Assembly (NCBI GenBank): GCA_016186985.1
Contig: JACPKO010000038.1
Coordinates: forward strand, 1 to 43,913
DNA: 43,913 bases
DNA from: Candidatus Daviesbacteria bacterium
GTDB taxonomy: Bacteria > Patescibacteriota > Microgenomatia > Daviesbacterales > UBA10151
Direction of reading: 5' to 3'
The notes beneath the pieces are model-generated. The model made no database searches. It was not told the origin of the DNA and saw only the letters and a program-made list of their open reading frames with translations. This document shows positions 1-8,080 of the stretch, piece after piece (position 1 is the first letter of the stretch; each line of letters opens with the position of its first letter). The position numbers were made by a program, and so were the translations under genes.

Positions 1-1
1 A

Positions 2-313
2 TTGTTTTCCTATGGTTTTAACAAGCAAAGCTTTTCTGCGAATAAAAACCTTCAGCAAATTTTAATCAAAATTTCGGATATTGACGCATGGATTGAAAAA
101 TCGGCCCCAAAATGGACTGTTGAAAAAATCAATCACTTAGACCTTGCGATTTTAAGGCTTGCGGTTTTTGAATTAATGATAGAGCAAAAGAACCCGCCAA
201 AGGTCATTGTTGATGAGTCAGTTGAACTTGCCAAAGAGTACGGTTCCGAAGCCAGCCCTGGTTTTATCAACGGGGCTCTTGGAAAACTTATTACTGATCA
301 AAAACTCCTCTAA
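2..313 (+). CDS. nusB: Transcription antitermination factor NusB (5'-truncated by window edge)
   Basis: Motifs DLAILRLAVFEL, PPKVIVDESVELAKEYG and FINGALG are typical of NusB. Confidence 0.95.
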   Translation: MFSYGFNKQSFSANKNLQQILIKISDIDAWIEKSAPKWTVEKINHLDLAILRLAVFELMIEQKNPPKVIVDESVELAKEYGSEASPGFINGALGKLITDQKLL

Positions 314-331
314 CGTCTTTAAAAGAGTGTA

Positions 332-360
332 TTGACATTCTCAGTAGATTTACTTAACTT
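332..360 (+). promoter_or_regulatory. Sigma70-type promoter for ACP-like gene and rnc
   Basis: TTGACA (332-337), 17-bp spacer, TAACTT (355-360). Confidence 0.6.
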
Positions 361-384
361 AAAATTACACAAGGATAAAAATGT

Positions 385-633
385 ATGGATGAAAAAAACA
401 ATGTGCAAATTGAAGTGATTGCAGAAATCGCCAAACATCTGGGGGTAACGCCTCAAGATATAGATATCAGTGCCGGGCTTTCGGACGACTTGGGGTTGGG
501 GCCTGTTGAACTGGCAGATTTGATATCGGCAATTTCGCAAAAGTTTGATGTGGCTTTTGACAATTCCGATCTTCAAAACATCAAAACAGTCAGTGACTTG
601 GTCGTAGCAGTTGAGGACTTAAGTTTGGAGTAG
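385..633 (+). CDS. Acyl carrier protein-like protein lacking the phosphopantetheine serine
   Basis: 82 aa, acidic, DDLGL..EL..L...FD and IKTVSDLV pattern, located upstream of rnc; canonical DSL reads GPV. Confidence 0.85.
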   Translation: MDEKNNVQIEVIAEIAKHLGVTPQDIDISAGLSDDLGLGPVELADLISAISQKFDVAFDNSDLQNIKTVSDLVVAVEDLSLE

Positions 634-636
634 CGA

Positions 637-1329
637 GTGGTTATGGAATTTGATGCCAGTTGGCTAGAGCAGCAGTTAAACTTAAATAAAAATTTTAAAA
701 AGGCTTTTATCCACCGCTCATTTTTAAACGAGGCCGGTTCAGACATGGAGTCAAATGAAAGGTTGGAATTTTTAGGGGACTCAATACTCTCTTTTATTAT
801 CTCCTCTTACTTATTTAAAGAGAGGACTTCTGATGCCGAAGGCGATTTAACTAATTTAAGGTCATTCATAGTAAAAACCAAATCATTGGCAGGTGCTGCC
901 GCAGCTTTAAATTTGGGTTCTTATCTTAAACTTTCAAAAGGTGAGGAGCTTTCAGGGGGAAGAGATAACCCTCAAATTCTTGCAAACACTTTTGAGGCAC
1001 TGCTAGGGGCGATTTTTTTGGAACATGGCCTTGAGGCTGCTACAAGGTTTATCCAGCAGAGTTTGCTGCCACTTTTTGGACGCGAAATCAAAAGCGGTCC
1101 GCCTAAGGACGCCAAATCATACCTGCAGGAAATTGCCCAAACCAGGACCAAGCAATCTCCGAAATACAAAATACTGGAAACTTCAGGGCCCGATCATGCT
1201 AAACAATTTAGCGTAGGGGTGTTTCTAGAGGGCCGGATGATCGGGGAGGGAAAAGGGCCGAGTAAACAAATTGCTGAAGAGCAGGCCGCCAACCAGGCTT
1301 TAAACCAGCTTCAAAAGACACTTAGATAA
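637..1329 (+). CDS. rnc: Ribonuclease III
   Basis: NERLEFLGDS signature; C-terminal dsRBD (DAKSYLQE, GPDHAKQF, GKGPSKQIAEEQAA). Start may be the ATG at 643. Confidence 0.97.
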   Translation: MVMEFDASWLEQQLNLNKNFKKAFIHRSFLNEAGSDMESNERLEFLGDSILSFIISSYLFKERTSDAEGDLTNLRSFIVKTKSLAGAAAALNLGSYLKLSKGEELSGGRDNPQILANTFEALLGAIFLEHGLEAATRFIQQSLLPLFGREIKSGPPKDAKSYLQEIAQTRTKQSPKYKILETSGPDHAKQFSVGVFLEGRMIGEGKGPSKQIAEEQAANQALNQLQKTLR

Positions 1330-1343
1330 TTTTAACACGTCTG

Positions 1344-1372
1344 TTGAATCACAGCTTCAATTAGATTATACT
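1344..1372 (+). promoter_or_regulatory. Sigma70-type promoter for rpsP operon
   Basis: TTGAAT (1344-1349), 17-bp spacer, TATACT (1367-1372). Confidence 0.6.
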
Positions 1373-1384
1373 TACAAAAATAAA

Positions 1385-1888
1385 ATGGCAGTTAAAATCA
1401 GATTGATGCGGATAGGTACAAACAGACAACCTTTTTACAGGGTTGTTGCCGTTGACGGGCGGAAGAAAAGAACCGGAGGCTATCTGGAATTGTTAGGAAC
1501 CTACAATCCCTTAACCGAACCGAAAGAAATTAATCTTGACCAGGGAAAAATTGATGCATGGATTAAAAAAGGCGCGGTACCTTCTTACGGATTTTTAAGA
1601 ATAATTGGTAAGGCTCCGCAAAGAGCTCCGAGAAAAGCAAAAAAAGAAAAGAAAGAGTCGTCAGCTATCAGCACTAAGCAGAGCTTGCCAGTAGGTCAGC
1701 CGTCAGCCTCTGAAACACACAAGCAAGATGCGGGAGAGACTCAGGCAGCTGAAGCGGCTCCAGAAACGAGCGAGGAACCCGTCACAGAAATCAAACCGGA
1801 AACAGTCCAAGAAACTGCCTCGACTGAAAATCCAGAACCAACCGAAGAAGCCGCAGCAGAAAAAGAAACAGAAATAGCTGATAGCTGA
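1385..1888 (+). CDS. rpsP: 30S ribosomal protein S16 with long low-complexity C-terminal tail
   Basis: MAVKIRLMRIG...PFYRVVAVD...LELLGTYNP, followed by a Lys-rich then Glu/Ala/Thr/Pro-rich extension. Confidence 0.96.
   Translation: MAVKIRLMRIGTNRQPFYRVVAVDGRKKRTGGYLELLGTYNPLTEPKEINLDQGKIDAWIKKGAVPSYGFLRIIGKAPQRAPRKAKKEKKESSAISTKQSLPVGQPSASETHKQDAGETQAAEAAPETSEEPVTEIKPETVQETASTENPEPTEEAAAEKETEIADS
1661..1709 (+). repeat. Interrupted TCAGCNN heptamer array inside the rpsP tail
   Basis: tcagcta tcagcac taagcag (insert) tcagccg tcagcct. Confidence 0.7.
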
Positions 1889-1927
1889 TCCGCTTCGCCC
1901 GCGAAGCGAGGCGAGTAGCTGATAGCT
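1875..1927. repeat. TAGCTGA heptamer array interrupted by a 27-bp GC-rich hairpin element (1890-1916)
   Basis: tagctga tagctga t [ccgcttcgcccgcgaagcgaggcgagt] agctga tagct; supplies the rpsP stop codon. Confidence 0.85.
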
Positions 1928-1933
1928 TTAATT

Positions 1934-2191
1934 ATGAAAGACATTGTCGAATACATCGTTAAACAATTCGTAACAAATCCCGATGCTGTTGAAGTTAGTG
2001 AAGAAACCCAGGACGGAATGATCAGATTAATGTTAAAAGTTGATCCTTCCGATATGGGTCTTACTATAGGGAAAAGCGGACAAACTATTAAGGCAATCCG
2101 CAGGCTTCTCACTGTAAAAGCAATAAGCGACAATGTCAGGGTCAGTCTTGAATTAATAGATACAAATCCGCTACCTCAAGAGCCAGCTTAA
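1934..2191 (+). CDS. khpA: KH-domain RNA-binding protein (KhpA/YlqC family)
   Basis: DMGLTIGKSGQTIKAIRRLL (GxxG KH loop); conserved position after rpsP. Confidence 0.9.
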   Translation: MKDIVEYIVKQFVTNPDAVEVSEETQDGMIRLMLKVDPSDMGLTIGKSGQTIKAIRRLLTVKAISDNVRVSLELIDTNPLPQEPA

Positions 2192-2898
2192 TGAAGATTA
2201 TTTTTCTAACTCTTTTTCCGGAAATTTTTCCTGCATTTTTAAACTTTTCAATTTTAAAAAGGGCCCAGGAAAAGGGCTTAATTGAATTTGAAGTTGTTAA
2301 CCTTAGGGATTTTGGTCTTGGTGTCCATAAAAACGTCGATGACAGACCTTACGGCGGAGGAGCGGGGATGGTTTTGAAAGCGGATGTTTTATCTTCTGCA
2401 GTATCAAAGATTAAAACAAGGAATACAAGAATAGTTTTAACTTCAGCTTCGGGAACTCCGTATATACAAAAAACTGCAAGAATTTTATCAGGGGATAAAG
2501 ATTTAATAATTATTTGCGGACATTACGAAGGAATAGATGAACGTTTCATTGAAAAATATGTGGATATGGAAATAAGCATTGGCGACTATGTATTAACCGG
2601 AGGAGAGCTACCAGCTTTGGTAATTGCAGACTCTATCACAAGACTTCTGCCTGGAGTTCTTAAAAAACCTGAAGCAAGCGAAAATGAATCCTTCTCCGAT
2701 CCCTCACTCCTCACTCCTCACTCCTCACTCCTTCTTGAATATCCCCATTATACACGTCCGGAAGAATTCGAGGGAATTAATGTCCCTGAAGTTTTACTTT
2801 CAGGAAATCATAAAGAAATTGAATTGTGGAGAAAGCAAAAATCCCTCGAGAAAACAAAAAAAATACGGCCTGATCTCTTAGGGCTTAAAAGGGTTTAA
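2191..2898 (+). CDS. trmD: tRNA (guanine37-N1)-methyltransferase
   Basis: VDDRPYGGGAGMV, ICGHYEGIDER, SIGDYVLTGGE, LEYPHYTRP. Confidence 0.98.
   Translation: MKIIFLTLFPEIFPAFLNFSILKRAQEKGLIEFEVVNLRDFGLGVHKNVDDRPYGGGAGMVLKADVLSSAVSKIKTRNTRIVLTSASGTPYIQKTARILSGDKDLIIICGHYEGIDERFIEKYVDMEISIGDYVLTGGELPALVIADSITRLLPGVLKKPEASENESFSDPSLLTPHSSLLLEYPHYTRPEEFEGINVPEVLLSGNHKEIELWRKQKSLEKTKKIRPDLLGLKRV
2702..2732 (+). repeat. (CCTCACT)x4 heptamer tandem array in frame within trmD
   Basis: Four perfect units plus CCT, encoding PSLLTPHSSL between ESFS and LLEYPHY. Confidence 0.9.
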
Positions 2899-3615
2899 CT
2901 TTCCTGTGGTTGTTTGTGATGTTTCTGCAGTTGCTTTTGGAAATTGCGTTTGTTTAGCCTCAATGTCTGCGAGGATTTGCGTATCTTCCTGATTAATTTT
3001 TGGCACAAGGTCATCTATCTTTCCAATATTACTTGGTAAAGTCTGGTAGAAAGCAACGAATGCAATGGACGCATTTAATTTATTATTTGTCCCGTTGTTT
3101 ACTTGAATTTTAGTCAGCTTAATCAACCGTGGTGCCAGAGTTACCCGCTCCAGGAAATTACGCAGGCTCGTTTCCGTGCCGGATGCTTCAATAGTTATTG
3201 TATATTCCTCAACTTTTTCAGATTCTGCGGGGGAAGTGGAGAAAGTTATACTACTTAAGGCCATTCCGCTTCCGCCGAGGGAAAACAGAATTTCGCCCAT
3301 TACTCCGGGAATATCTTTTTCAACAGGCAAAGCCACGAGCGCCGTATTCAAATCATTCCGGTAATTCTGGATTTTTATGCTTTGAAGCTCAGAGGCTTTC
3401 TTTTGATAAAAAAGCTTCTTTTGCTCTAGCTCTTTAATGGTATTGTTTGTACTTATAAGCTTGTATATTTGGGGAACAGTTATCAAAACCATAACTAAAA
3501 TTGCCGTAACCAAAACAACAAACGGCACAAGCAACAGCCGGTATTTTTCATATTTTACATCTTCAAAAAAGGGGAGCGCTTTTAACTGTTTTTTAACTGA
3601 CTCCAAGAGTTTCAT
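2878..3615 (-). CDS. pilO: Type IV pilus alignment protein PilO-like
   Basis: N-terminal TM, coiled coil, ALP..KDIP, and FLERV..APRLI motif; follows pilM-pilN. Confidence 0.8.
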   Translation of the reverse strand: MKLLESVKKQLKALPFFEDVKYEKYRLLLVPFVVLVTAILVMVLITVPQIYKLISTNNTIKELEQKKLFYQKKASELQSIKIQNYRNDLNTALVALPVEKDIPGVMGEILFSLGGSGMALSSITFSTSPAESEKVEEYTITIEASGTETSLRNFLERVTLAPRLIKLTKIQVNNGTNNKLNASIAFVAFYQTLPSNIGKIDDLVPKINQEDTQILADIEAKQTQFPKATAETSQTTTGKLNPFKP

Positions 3616-4172
3616 CAGAGGACACCCTCCGCAAGGTGAATATTAAGCTCAAAATTAATCTTACCTTGCTGGCTTCTGTTTAAGTTATTCACAGTAACTG
3701 CGGAAATTTTTCCTTCGTTGATTTTTGGATCAACCAGGTTGTCAAATAAAATTTTTAGGGAGGAGGTTCCATTGGTCTGGCCGGAAACAATTACCTTTGT
3801 GGTTTTATCTATCTGAAGTGATTCTAAAAATACCCCTTTTGGAAAAAGGCTTGAGAGTAAATCGAAAACATCCCGTTGTTTGTATCGTTTGTTTGAAAAT
3901 TGGTTTATGGTTTCAACCCGGTTTTTTAAAAGGTTAACAACTGCTTCTACATCTTTGAATCTTGAGACTTCAAATTTTTCTTTCTCTATCTGCTCATTCA
4001 AAGAATTAAGAGTTGTTCCCTGGGAAATTACTATAGCTAAAATACCACTGGTAGTAATTATCAATAACCCTAAAAGAGCTATGCTGATTTTGTTTACTAA
4101 TACCTGCTTAGCTTCTTTTTTTGCCTTAGCCTTAATCTCCTCTGGTATCAGGTTAATCTTAATCTTATCCAT
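3615..4172 (-). CDS. pilN: Type IV pilus alignment protein PilN-like
   Basis: N-terminal INLIP motif (PilM-binding INLLP), TM segment, coiled coil, FPKGVFLESL. Confidence 0.85.
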   Translation of the reverse strand: MDKIKINLIPEEIKAKAKKEAKQVLVNKISIALLGLLIITTSGILAIVISQGTTLNSLNEQIEKEKFEVSRFKDVEAVVNLLKNRVETINQFSNKRYKQRDVFDLLSSLFPKGVFLESLQIDKTTKVIVSGQTNGTSSLKILFDNLVDPKINEGKISAVTVNNLNRSQQGKINFELNIHLAEGVL

Positions 4173-4176
4173 ACAG

Positions 4177-5217
4177 TTAGTCCTGCTTCAGTGCTAAACC
4201 CACTGCAATTGAATAGAAAGCTGCCTCGCTGGAAAGCTTAGTCTTCATCCCGGGATCCATATTTATAGAAGCCCAGGGGTCGGCTTCCTGAACCTCAAGT
4301 CCCAGAAAATTGGTGAAAAAACTTACCAGGCCCGGTAAATGGGCACCTCCGCCAGTTAAAACCGTCCGTTTAACCGGACGCTGCCGGTTTTGGGTCTCAT
4401 GAGCCAGGATTACCCTTTTTGCCTCATTAGCCATAACCTCAATAACCGGTTTTAAGGTTTTAAATAATTTGCCCTCGAGTTGGTCTTCCAGTAAGCCATA
4501 AACCTTCTTATACTCTTCTGCCTGAACCATTTCAAAGTTGAAGCTTTGGGCAATCGCACGGGTAAGGGCTGCACCTCCTGTAGCAATCGACCGTGTTAGA
4601 AGTATCAAACCATCGGAGACAATCGCGAAATCTGTGTTTGTTGCTCCCATTTGGATTAGCAAAGTCGTAGGAGAATAAGAATTATAACTGACAAGAGAGC
4701 GCGCTGCTGCGATCATTTCAGTTTCAATTGCTACAACTTTCAAGTTTGCCCACTGCACAATTTTTAAGTACTTATCGATAAGCGCCTTAGGCGCTGCAAT
4801 AACGAATACCACCGTTCTGCTATTTATATCTTTTTTAGGGGAGCGAAAAATGACCTGATAATACAAGTTTACCTCAGTAATCGGCATTGGGACGAATTCC
4901 TCAGCCGCGTATCTGATAGCTTGTGACAATTCGTCATCGGTTAAAAACGGCAAATCATACACCACCCTGGTGAAAATTTTTTGTTCCGGCAAGGCTATTA
5001 CTACATCTTTTGTAGGCGGGTTTATTTCTCTCATCAAGTCTTTTACTGCAGCAGCAACTGCCTGTAAATCCAGTTCCGACTCCGACATCATCCCCGGTAA
5101 GGGAGAGGCGATATGGCCCAGGGAAATTAACCTTGGCGGGGTTTCGCTTTGGGACAAAACAACTGCTTTAGTTGTGGAATATCCTATATCAAGTCCAATT
5201 CTATCCTGGGCAGCCAT
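4177..5217 (-). CDS. pilM: Type IV pilus assembly protein PilM (actin-like)
   Basis: IGLDIG, AEEYKK.YGL, VLTGGGAHLPGL, AVGLALK. Confidence 0.93.
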   Translation of the reverse strand: MAAQDRIGLDIGYSTTKAVVLSQSETPPRLISLGHIASPLPGMMSESELDLQAVAAAVKDLMREINPPTKDVVIALPEQKIFTRVVYDLPFLTDDELSQAIRYAAEEFVPMPITEVNLYYQVIFRSPKKDINSRTVVFVIAAPKALIDKYLKIVQWANLKVVAIETEMIAAARSLVSYNSYSPTTLLIQMGATNTDFAIVSDGLILLTRSIATGGAALTRAIAQSFNFEMVQAEEYKKVYGLLEDQLEGKLFKTLKPVIEVMANEAKRVILAHETQNRQRPVKRTVLTGGGAHLPGLVSFFTNFLGLEVQEADPWASINMDPGMKTKLSSEAAFYSIAVGLALKQD

Positions 5218-5219
5218 AG

Positions 5220-5305
5220 ATTAGGGTATAGTGTTTAGCGTACAGGGCCTAGTTATACCTAATATAAACGATAGCAAAATTTTAAACTATACGCTATACC
5301 CTAAT
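5220..5305. repeat. Pair of inverted heptamer arrays forming a long stem upstream of pilM
   Basis: attagggtatagtgtttag (5220-5238) matches the reverse complement of 5287-5305 (attagggtatagcgtatag) at 17/19. Confidence 0.8.
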
Positions 5306-5310
5306 GCTAT

Positions 5311-7110
5311 TTACTTAAGTTGGTATGATCCTTTGACAACGCTAAACGACCCAGTAGGTCCTGCAGAGAAAAAAGTTTCGGACAGCCCCTGCTCATAAGA
5401 TAAAATAGCCCCATTTCCTGTGATTATTTTCCAGGCTGAAATTTCCTTAAAGGAAGCACTATTGCCCAGGGATACAGATCCCTTTGGGGCATAAAATATA
5501 CCACTGAAAGAGGAGTTGCCGGCAGTGATGGCAGGCGTACCGGTTACAGTCGTATCGTAAGTAGAAAGAAGCATCAAATAGCTTCCATCACTGCCCGAGC
5601 CTTTAAATCCGCATTCAAAATTCTCGCAGCCATTTCCAACTACTGTGGTCCCGTCAACCAGGACAACACCGGAACTCAGTCCCGCAGAAGAGGGGAGTTT
5701 CACGGTTAAAGAATTGCCTGCCGTAATATTCCCTGTAATCCATAGAGGAGAGGTGACCGTGACAGAACAGGAATTTCCAAGAGTCAAATCCCCATCAATT
5801 TTTCCCGGCCCTAAATTAACGTTGCATGAGTTTCCGTATGTTAAGCTTCCGTAATCAAGACCGTCTTCTGCCTCCAGTTTCCAGGCATCAATATTTGACT
5901 GTGAGACCGGAAAAGTCTCAGGAGCTGGATCAGGGGAACCCGGGTTAGATGTCCCGTTAACTGTTGATCCGGAGATAGACTGGTAATATGCGCTACCATT
6001 AATCGTTACATTCTGGATTGTATTGGCATGCAAATCGCCGTTAACGACTGCAGAGTTACCTCCTGTGAATTTGGTCGCCACCCCGCCGATATAGACTTTA
6101 AATCCGAAGTCGCCGGTAATTGCCGTCCAAACAGGAGATGATGCCTGCCAGTTAGACGACCACTTAGGGGAACCGTTCCCGTAGCCTTGCAATGAATCCA
6201 GGTCAAAAGACCAGTAATTATTTGCGTCATTGGATGTATCAAGAACAATCCAATACCTTGTGTTTTCGGACAGATTTGGACTCGATGAAAATGTAACATC
6301 TACAAAACCATAACTGCCTGTTACCAAATTAGCACTTAAGGTTCCGGAAGCCTTAACATTATTTTTATCGGGCTTATCATTGTTGTCGCAAAGTATGCGG
6401 ACAGTTATGTTTGGGGGTGACCCGAATTTTTTAAGTTTTAGCGAGACTTTATTGATTACCGCTCCCTGGCTTAACTGGAAACTTTGAGCAACATCTAACC
6501 TGTTTTCTCCCGTAACTGATTTACCAAATATATAATCCTGGCAAACCTGGGTACACTCCCACTGCTGGTTAGCAGTTGGCTGGGTTCCTCCTGCAACCCA
6601 AACATCGCCGGTAAATGCCGAAGAATTTCCCACACTAATATCTCCGTTTGAATAAACAGATCCATTAAGTGTTGATGAATTGCCCATCTGAAGGCCCCCT
6701 TCTCCCACTTGCAACCCGTAAGGAAACGATATACCTTCGCCTTTTGATATTTGAATTTTTATCGCCTGTTTAATTTTTGGATTTGTTTTATCCGGAATAT
6801 AACCGCCAGCTTCAACAACTTTATTATTGGAATCAATAGAGGTAACCGAAACGGAATAAGACCCTTGTCCTAATACAGTTTCACTCTCGCCATTATACGA
6901 AGGGTTCACATTTAATGAGGCTATTGCCTTTTCAATTCCTGCTTCGGCAAGGGTTACAGCCTCAAGTTTGTCTAAAGAATATTTGGAGCTTTCTTTTAGA
7001 ATGAAGGAATTGGATATAAGCACCACAGTTATCACAAGTATTGAGGTCAGGGCAATCATAGTAATAGGGAAGATTGACCCCAGCTGGTTTAAATTCAATA
7101 TAGATTTCAT
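5311..7110 (-). CDS. Large PilX/GspK-like minor pilin with beta-rich C-terminal (adhesin-like) domains
   Basis: G|SIFPI hydrophobic helix without Glu5, LAEAGIEKA motif, repeated GNS motifs. Confidence 0.75.
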   Translation of the reverse strand: MKSILNLNQLGSIFPITMIALTSILVITVVLISNSFILKESSKYSLDKLEAVTLAEAGIEKAIASLNVNPSYNGESETVLGQGSYSVSVTSIDSNNKVVEAGGYIPDKTNPKIKQAIKIQISKGEGISFPYGLQVGEGGLQMGNSSTLNGSVYSNGDISVGNSSAFTGDVWVAGGTQPTANQQWECTQVCQDYIFGKSVTGENRLDVAQSFQLSQGAVINKVSLKLKKFGSPPNITVRILCDNNDKPDKNNVKASGTLSANLVTGSYGFVDVTFSSSPNLSENTRYWIVLDTSNDANNYWSFDLDSLQGYGNGSPKWSSNWQASSPVWTAITGDFGFKVYIGGVATKFTGGNSAVVNGDLHANTIQNVTINGSAYYQSISGSTVNGTSNPGSPDPAPETFPVSQSNIDAWKLEAEDGLDYGSLTYGNSCNVNLGPGKIDGDLTLGNSCSVTVTSPLWITGNITAGNSLTVKLPSSAGLSSGVVLVDGTTVVGNGCENFECGFKGSGSDGSYLMLLSTYDTTVTGTPAITAGNSSFSGIFYAPKGSVSLGNSASFKEISAWKIITGNGAILSYEQGLSETFFSAGPTGSFSVVKGSYQLK

Positions 7111-7688
7111 ATATTTTTAAGATTAACAGTTCCGCTTCCAGAGCTTTCTTTTTCCGAAAAACCGGATTTGGTTGACAAATTTATTACAAAACTAACCCGC
7201 AGTGCCTGGTCGGGTGTAACTGCATTATTATTAATATCCAAATAGCTAAAGGATAGACTTTTTAAATTGACCGATAAAACTTTATTTTCCGTTTTCCGGA
7301 AACTTTGGCTATCTTTGAAAATTTGCTTTCTTAAAATTGCGGGTTTTTCAAAGTCCGCCTCAATAACAGCGTAATCAAAAAAAATATCTGTTACATCTCC
7401 GCTTGAGGTTATTCCGGGAAGTTTAACAACCAGAGTGTTTTGATCCGTTATATATTGAGGTGTACCCTGCGTAGGGTATTGACTGACAATTCCGGAGGAG
7501 GATTTAATCAATTCGGTTAATTCGAGCTGAGTCTGATTTAACGACAATCCCTGGCTAATTTGGGCGCTTTGATCTACAAAAAGCTTCCCTGAAGAAACCA
7601 GTAAGTTAATAATAAGTCCGCCCGCAACAGCAGCTACAGTCACTGCAATTAATACTTCCAATAAACTCCAACCTCTAGAATTACTCAC
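7107..7688 (-). CDS. Minor pilin (PilW/GspJ-like)
   Basis: RG|WSLLEVLIA prepilin motif; ends in VNLKN. Confidence 0.8.
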   Translation of the reverse strand: MSNSRGWSLLEVLIAVTVAAVAGGLIINLLVSSGKLFVDQSAQISQGLSLNQTQLELTELIKSSSGIVSQYPTQGTPQYITDQNTLVVKLPGITSSGDVTDIFFDYAVIEADFEKPAILRKQIFKDSQSFRKTENKVLSVNLKSLSFSYLDINNNAVTPDQALRVSFVINLSTKSGFSEKESSGSGTVNLKNI

Positions 7689-8080
7689 CTTAGGCCTCCT
7701 TTAGCGACTAAAGTCGTCACCGAAAATCTTTTCGGCTGCGTATTTTCACTCCAGGTGATGGTAATCGTAATTTTCTTCGCCACCTCTCCTGACGTACAAA
7801 GATCCACAGGACAATCTTCAGTTAATACTACACCTGTGAAGCCCGACAGGGAGTTTAATTTTGGATCTGTAAGGGCAGTTGAACCGTTAGCTAAATTATC
7901 ATATCCGGATAATCTTATATCCTCAATTTTTTTTGCAGCCACCTCTCTAACTTTCGATTCAGACTGGCTTCCTCTGACTAAAGTCAGCACATTGGGAATG
8001 TTTGCAATAACTAGAACTATCGCTCCTGTTGCAAAAAGAGCAATAAGAACCTCAATAATAGAAAAGCCTTTATACTTCAT
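7685..8080 (-). CDS. Minor pilin (PilV/GspI-like)
   Basis: KG|FSIIEVLIA prepilin motif; KKITITITW C-terminal strand. Confidence 0.8.
   Translation of the reverse strand: MKYKGFSIIEVLIALFATGAIVLVIANIPNVLTLVRGSQSESKVREVAAKKIEDIRLSGYDNLANGSTALTDPKLNSLSGFTGVVLTEDCPVDLCTSGEVAKKITITITWSENTQPKRFSVTTLVAKGGLR

Noticed and set aside
2191..2898. Absence of rimM and rplS from the rpsP-trmD operon, and 21-bp convergent overlap of trmD with pilO
   Set aside because: Such rearrangements and short overlaps are common in reduced genomes; the genes may lie elsewhere
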